64,000 nt of DNA from an uncultured delta proteobacterium (GTDB taxonomy: Bacteria > Desulfobacterota > BSN033 > UBA1163), in the NCBI GenBank assembly GCA_963708295.1, contig CAVPSJ010000019.1, forward strand, positions 64,001-128,000, in the 5' to 3' direction. Below are positions 58,573-64,000 of this stretch, piece after piece (within the stretch, counting starts at the first letter, position 1; the number at the start of each line of letters is the position of its first letter). Made by a program: the position numbers and the translations under genes. The notes below the pieces were generated by a model. That model did no database searches. It was not told the DNA's origin and saw only the letters and a program-made list of their open reading frames with translations.

Positions 58573-58650
58573 AGTTCGGAGTAGTTTCGTTCGGAGTTCG
58601 GAGGGCATCATTCATATATCGATATATCCCCGAACTCTGAACTCCGAGCT
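58573..58650. repeat. Short heptamer inverted repeat (GTTCGGA / TCCGAAC)
   Basis: GTTCGGAGTTCGGAG...CCGAACTCTGAACTCCGAGC. Confidence 0.6.
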
Positions 58651-59453
58651 CATGACTGCTGCTCTGCGAGCAGCTTCGCCATCTGGGCAGCGTTCTTAGC
58701 CGCAGACCCGGAATAACAGTTATTAAAAAAGATGAGGGTCTTCGCCGTCCTCTTGGAAATGTCCTTGATCCCTGGAACAAATTCCTTCAGCTCTTCCTCG
58801 CGGTAAAGGTAATCATACCGCACCTTCAACGGAACGTTGAACCAATTCGGATTTCTGCCGTGGAATCGGAAATAACCGATTTCCGAAGTCGCCTTGGGAT
58901 GGTACGGCATCAACTGGGGCAATCTGGGTTCGTCCACGATGCAGAAACCGATCTCCTTTTTCTCCAAGAGTTGGAAGGTGTCTTCCTTCAACCAGGATTT
59001 GTTCCGGAACTCAACCACCAGCGGAATCTCCTCCATCTCTTCTTTGAACTCCTGAAGATAACTCAGATTCTCCCGGCTGGGAAAGAATCCGTAAGGAAAC
59101 TGGGCCAGGACACAAGCCAGCTTCTTCTCTTCGATCAGGGGAACAAGGCCATATACAAATTTCTTAAAGGTTTCCCGATGATCGATCCTTGTACGAGTTT
59201 CCTTATTCCAGATTTCATGGGTCATCCCCTTAAAAGACTTTACCACAAATTCAAAATTCTCGGAGGTCTTTTGGGCCATTCCCGCCAGACTCTTCTGGGA
59301 GGGAAGGGTATAATAGGTGAAATTGACCTCCAGGACACGGAACCCTAACTCCTTTTCATAGAAGGGTAACATGTCTTTTTCTCGAATGCCCTCAGGATAA
59401 ACCGTTCCCTTCCAATCCGGGAACGAGAACCCGCTCGTACCGACCTTGATCAT
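58650..59453 (-). CDS. DUF72 (YecE-like) protein
   Basis: VGTSGF, EVNFTYY, AQFP, VEFR, RFHGRN, FFNN. Confidence 0.92.
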   Translation of the reverse strand: MIKVGTSGFSFPDWKGTVYPEGIREKDMLPFYEKELGFRVLEVNFTYYTLPSQKSLAGMAQKTSENFEFVVKSFKGMTHEIWNKETRTRIDHRETFKKFVYGLVPLIEEKKLACVLAQFPYGFFPSRENLSYLQEFKEEMEEIPLVVEFRNKSWLKEDTFQLLEKKEIGFCIVDEPRLPQLMPYHPKATSEIGYFRFHGRNPNWFNVPLKVRYDYLYREEELKEFVPGIKDISKRTAKTLIFFNNCYSGSAAKNAAQMAKLLAEQQS

Positions 59454-59661
59454 CTCTCGCCTCGGAGCCCCACGATCCGGCGTAGAAGGTCTCAACCGAG
59501 AGCTCGCACGGAGCAATATCCCAACCGACGAATAGGCAATTTTTTCTGCAGGGATAAAGGAATCGGGCCCGAGGGCCCGATATCTTAAAAGATAGAACGA
59601 ATGGAAGGAAGTTGTCAACCCCGATGTTGCGAGGGTCGGGAGCAATGAGTTAAGAAGGGGC

Positions 59662-60459
59662 ATGGCCAGACATCAGGTGATTCTGACATTTTTCATTTCT
59701 TTCTTGGTCTTCTCCGCCTGGATGGTTGAATCAGTACAGCCTCAAGAAATCGGAACAAAGGAACAGATCATCGCCAAATTTTCCGGCCGCGTCCCTCGCG
59801 AATGGGGAGAGGTCGTGAAGGGGGTCAGAACCAGATTGATGACCGACCAGAGGGTCTTAGCACTGACTTTCGATGCCTGTGGCGGCCCGAAGGGAAGTGG
59901 TTATGATGCTACGGTGATCGACTTTTTGACCCGTGACGCGATTCCTGCCACATTGTTCATCAGCGGCAAATGGATTGATGCAAACCCCGGTCTTCTCCAG
60001 GCATTATCCAGAAACCCTCTCTTTGAAATCGAAAATCATGGGTTGAAGCATAAACCATGTTCAGCGATCGGCCGCTCGGCCCATGGAAAAAAAGGGACAA
60101 AGAATGTTGGAGAGATTTTCGATGAAATAGAATTGAATGCTTTAAGAATTCAAAGCATCACTGGCCATAGACCAAAATATTACCGACCCGGGACAGCCTA
60201 TGGCGATGACGTTTGCGTAGAGATCGCCAACGCCCTAGGGTATGAAGCGGTGAATTTTAGTGTTCGGGGGGATGCGGGTGCCACCTATTCAAAGCAGCAA
60301 GTAGAAGAAACCCTCCTCCATTCTCCTCCTGCTTCGATCGTTCTCATGCACATGAACCATCCTGAAAGCCAAACGGCAGCGGGTGTAATCGAGGCCGTTC
60401 CTGAACTACGAAAACGTGGGTTCAGATTTGTAAAGTTGTCTGGCTTCGCATTGAAATAG
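59662..60459 (+). CDS. Polysaccharide deacetylase (CE4), exported
   Basis: LTFDACGG, ATLF, ENHGLKH, IVLMH. Confidence 0.88.
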   Translation: MARHQVILTFFISFLVFSAWMVESVQPQEIGTKEQIIAKFSGRVPREWGEVVKGVRTRLMTDQRVLALTFDACGGPKGSGYDATVIDFLTRDAIPATLFISGKWIDANPGLLQALSRNPLFEIENHGLKHKPCSAIGRSAHGKKGTKNVGEIFDEIELNALRIQSITGHRPKYYRPGTAYGDDVCVEIANALGYEAVNFSVRGDAGATYSKQQVEETLLHSPPASIVLMHMNHPESQTAAGVIEAVPELRKRGFRFVKLSGFALK

Positions 60460-60510
60460 GGACCCATCCCATGGATCCCGCGACCACAGAATACAGACGT
60501 GTCCCTATGT

Positions 60511-61575
60511 TCACCCGATGCATTGCTTCATGACCCGGAATAAATTGCCCCCCATGTAGGCTGCGATTTCGCTTCGTTTAAACCCAACTTCATCCATGGC
60601 CTCCACCAACTTCGGAAGATCCAAAATACTCTCATAATCGTCGATCAGGGCTGGAAGCCCACCTCCTCCATCCGTTCCCAGACCTACATGTTCGATTCCA
60701 ATCTCTCTGGCAATTTCGAGATTTTCTTTTGCCCAATCAAGAAAGCTCGTGCGATGGTGGCTATCATCAACATACCAGCCCATAGGCCATGTGCAGACGA
60801 CCCCTCCTGTTTCTGCGACCATTTCCATCTCCTCAAAAGCACGTAACCTTGTCGTACCATACGGATTTTCCCTATGGGTCAGGCTCGTGTGGGAATCGAT
60901 AATGGGAACACCATTGATGCGAGCTATCTCAGCAACCCCTTGAAGGGTATTGATATGAGCATGAGCTATATCCACAATGATCCCCAAAGATACCATCCGC
61001 TCTACCATCTGCTGTCCGACAGCAGTTAGACCGCCATTGGATGGTGCCGCGGTCATAATATCCCCAATGAGATTGATCTTCTTATGCATAGGAGTAATCA
61101 GACGCACCCCTAGATCATAAAGCTCATCAACCCGATTGGGATCCGTTTCTAAAGGAGTTGCGCCTTCCACGGCCAATATCGCACCGGGAGTAAATCCCGG
61201 AGGGTGATTAGAATGGGCCAAGTCCGAATGTCTCCTCATGATTTTGATTTTTCCTTCGGCTTCGAGGGCTATCACGTCGAGAAGGTGACCGATTAAACTC
61301 TGAAACCCTACTGTGGGATTTTCATCTTCGACCACAGCAAAACAGCTTGCGTTCATTCCGATATCCATTATGTCTTCCAGCGTTGATGTTTTATCACAGA
61401 AGAAATCCGTACAGGGAAAAATGTCCGGATGGGCGTGGGCATCAATAACCAGCATCCCCTGAGGAAAACCATTGGTCTTTTCATTTGTCAGCCACTTCGC
61501 ATCGGCAGAAGTTTTTCCAAGAGCGACGGATGCGCCTAACAATGAACAACACTTCAAAAATTCTCTTCTGTTCAT
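60511..61575 (-). CDS. Tat-exported membrane dipeptidase (peptidase M19) family protein
   Basis: NRREFLK Tat motif; DAHAH, AVEG, VDIAH, DSHT, GLGTD, MGGN..RV. Confidence 0.82.
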   Translation of the reverse strand: MNRREFLKCCSLLGASVALGKTSADAKWLTNEKTNGFPQGMLVIDAHAHPDIFPCTDFFCDKTSTLEDIMDIGMNASCFAVVEDENPTVGFQSLIGHLLDVIALEAEGKIKIMRRHSDLAHSNHPPGFTPGAILAVEGATPLETDPNRVDELYDLGVRLITPMHKKINLIGDIMTAAPSNGGLTAVGQQMVERMVSLGIIVDIAHAHINTLQGVAEIARINGVPIIDSHTSLTHRENPYGTTRLRAFEEMEMVAETGGVVCTWPMGWYVDDSHHRTSFLDWAKENLEIAREIGIEHVGLGTDGGGGLPALIDDYESILDLPKLVEAMDEVGFKRSEIAAYMGGNLFRVMKQCIG

Positions 61576-61841
61576 AATTGCCCCCCTCAAATTTTTACTT
61601 TTTCTATTCAGGCTCTGCAGCCGGTTGCAGGATTGTCAAATCAATCTTTTCATATCGCGGAAAGAAATATCGTGGAGCCTTCCAGGCTTTTTCATCTCTA
61701 CTTTACTGATAATTTTTCTTATTGTCAAAGATTATCGGGAAGTATTCTAGGAGGATAAAGTGGTGTAAATACCTGTAAAAACGCGGTCACGGAGACACTC
61801 CCACTTTTGCATCGCGGGAAAAATGGGATGTGTCCCCATGA

Positions 61842-64000
61842 TTAGTAGAGGAGATATTTCGACCGGAGCATGCAAAACTGTTCCAGTGGCCCCTGCCAGT
61901 CCTGCACAATGGCGGCGGGATCTTGACCCGCCTTAATGGCCTGCAGAACCTTGCGTGAACCGATCAGCCCCACTGTCTTGTCGATCTGGAAGTTCTTCGG
62001 ATAGAGCCTGTAAAGGGCACTGGCAATTTCCAGTCCCAGAGCGGGAGAATCCAGCATCTGTCGATTGAGAAGAACGATCCGGACCCCGTGGCACGACTGA
62101 TTCTTGAAAGGGCCGCTTTTGGGTTTGAAGTCCATCGGGATGAATTGGACCCCCTGGACATTCCGATCATTCAGGTAGGACGCTAGCTCTTCTCCGTTCA
62201 TCCAGGGGGCTCCGAAGAGTTCAAAGGGCGTCTTCGTCCCGCGACCCACGCTCACGTTTGCGCCTTCCACCATGGCTACTCCAGGATAAAGGATGGCTTC
62301 CGTGAGCGTCTGCAGGTTGGGAGACGGACTTAGCCACAATAAGCCGGTCTCGTCGTACCAGTGGCCGCGTTCATAACCTTGCATTTTGATGACGTGCAAC
62401 TTCACCCCCATCTTCTTTTCTGCATTGAACATCTTGGCCAGTTCCCCCACGGTCATACCGTGCCGGATTGGGAGAGGAAAATATCCGACAAAGGACCTCA
62501 AATTGCTGTCCAGGACAGGCCCCTGAACCAGCAACGCATTGATCGGATTCGGCCTGTCGAGAACGTAGAAAGGGATCCCCTTCTTTGCACATGCTTCCAT
62601 CGCGTAACCCATGGTCGTGATATACGTGTAGAAGCGAGCGCCTGCATCCTGGATGTCGAAGACAAGCGCATCCAGACCGGCGAGCATCCTGTTGGTGGGG
62701 GACAAAGTATCTCCGTAAAGACTGTAAATAGGGAGGCCTGTCAAATTCTCTTTCGTCGAGGAGACCTTTCCTTCCGCCCTTCCCGAAAAACCGTGCTCCG
62801 GGGTAAAAAGCGTCACCAGTTTTACTCCCGGAGCTTTGTGGAGAAGATCGACGGTGCGTCTTCCGGTGGAATCGATTCCCGAATGATTGGTAATCAGCCC
62901 TAAACGCAACCCAGCCAGGGAGTTAAACTTCTCCGAAGCCAGGACATCGATTCCTGTTTGCACCTTTTCATGATTGCTCTCCCCCGGTTCAACCTGGCTG
63001 GGCAACGTCCTGCTGGCGAGATGACGCTCCATCGAAACCGGGCCAATCGTTCCATTTACAAAAGACAGTATCTTGGTTCGCAACGACTCCACTTTTCCTT
63101 TGCCGTTTGGGTGGACCCGATTGGTCAGGATAATCACATAAGTATTGGAAACCGGATCAATCCAGATTCCGGTTCCGGTGAATCCTTTGTGTCCGTAGGA
63201 GCCTTCGGAGGCGAGGGACGAGTCGATATTCCAGCCCAGTCCCCTCAAAGGCATCTTGTCAGGCGGGGATTGGGGGGTGGTCATGTTCTTGACCGTCCGA
63301 GGGCTGAGAATCTGCACGTTTTTTCTCCTGCCCCCATCGAGGACCATCTGGGCGAAGATGGCAAGATCATCCACAGTCGAGAAAAGCCCGGCGTGTCCGG
63401 CCACACCCCCCATATTGTGGGCGATCGGATCATGAACTTCTCCCCAGAGCATTTTCCCTGTCCCGTTTTGGTACTCGGTGGGTGCGATGCGAGATCGGAA
63501 ATCAGACGAAGGCTTAAACCCCGTATCGTCCATTTCCAAAGGCCTGAAAATATGCTCGGCGCAATAAGCGTCCAGGGGCTCCCCCGAGAGGCGCCAGACA
63601 AGCTCGCCCAGTATGATAAAATTGATGTCGCTATAAATGAAATTTGTCCCGGGAGGGGAGAGAGGTTTCTCTTCTTCAATCATTCTCAGGGCAGCGACGT
63701 ACCCTGACCAATGGGGCTTCATGTCCAGAGCGGGTCGAAGACCGGAATAGTGCGTCAGGACATCGCGCACCGTGATCTCTTCTTTGCCGCTTCCCTTAAA
63801 CTCAGGCCAGTATTTGGCAACCGGGTCTTCGAGATTCAATTTTCCATTCTCCACCAGCTGCATCATCGCCGTGGACGTTGCGACGACCTTCGTCAGGGAA
63901 GCGATATCAAAGATGGTATGGATGGTCATGGGGACTTTCTTCGGTTTGAGTGCGCTCAGGCCGAAAACCTGACGATAGATTATCTTCCCCTCATGACCGA
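61842..64000 (-). CDS. Beta-lactamase-like serine hydrolase fused to exo-beta-N-acetylmuramidase NamZ (DUF1343); 5' end outside window
   Basis: SLTK, LLTH-like VLTHYSG, YSD, GHKGFTG, then PEHG, DIQDAGARFYTY, LDRPNP, PSPN; frame open to the window edge. Confidence 0.9.
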   Translation of the reverse strand, partial: GHEGKIIYRQVFGLSALKPKKVPMTIHTIFDIASLTKVVATSTAMMQLVENGKLNLEDPVAKYWPEFKGSGKEEITVRDVLTHYSGLRPALDMKPHWSGYVAALRMIEEEKPLSPPGTNFIYSDINFIILGELVWRLSGEPLDAYCAEHIFRPLEMDDTGFKPSSDFRSRIAPTEYQNGTGKMLWGEVHDPIAHNMGGVAGHAGLFSTVDDLAIFAQMVLDGGRRKNVQILSPRTVKNMTTPQSPPDKMPLRGLGWNIDSSLASEGSYGHKGFTGTGIWIDPVSNTYVIILTNRVHPNGKGKVESLRTKILSFVNGTIGPVSMERHLASRTLPSQVEPGESNHEKVQTGIDVLASEKFNSLAGLRLGLITNHSGIDSTGRRTVDLLHKAPGVKLVTLFTPEHGFSGRAEGKVSSTKENLTGLPIYSLYGDTLSPTNRMLAGLDALVFDIQDAGARFYTYITTMGYAMEACAKKGIPFYVLDRPNPINALLVQGPVLDSNLRSFVGYFPLPIRHGMTVGELAKMFNAEKKMGVKLHVIKMQGYERGHWYDETGLLWLSPSPNLQTLTEAILYPGVAMVEGANVSVGRGTKTPFELFGAPWMNGEELASYLNDRNVQGVQFIPMDFKPKSGPFKNQSCHGVRIVLLNRQMLDSPALGLEIASALYRLYPKNFQIDKTVGLIGSRKVLQAIKAGQDPAAIVQDWQGPLEQFCMLRSKYLLY

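Overview
Bacterial chromosomal window. Gene content and repeat style suggest a Desulfobacterota/deltaproteobacterial genome (inference). Left to right: amtB with a P-II gene; a partly broken narJ-like / TDT-transporter remnant / prpD-like / comA-like cluster; a frameshifted site-2 protease-CBS gene; a complete complex I operon nuoA-(BCD fused)-E-F-G-H-I-J-K-L-M-N; two exported selenoprotein genes that the ORF track splits at in-frame UGA (a 1-Sec peroxiredoxin and a CxU rhodanese, each with a SECIS-like hairpin); macrodomain and AAA+ genes; a ThDP acyl-CoA lyase-like gene with a 3-hydroxyacyl-CoA dehydrogenase; an AT-rich patch of orphan genes with sigma-54-type promoters and degenerate attC-like palindromes; an orphan DGQHR gene beside a tandem-domain protein; the accD-folC-lptD-rfbACBD-ugd-lpxH-gmhB-lpxL envelope cluster; hisI-hisG; and cell-wall hydrolases. 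The most notable observation is that NuoF carries co-varying nucleotide-site substitutions (CGEE->CGEG, KPPFP->SPIRS), suggesting a natural NADPH-accepting complex I. Intergenic DNA holds several nested palindromic repeat families. Several frameshifts may be assembly errors. No rRNA, tRNA, CRISPR array, integrase or transposase was seen. Family assignments come from motif recognition, not database searches.
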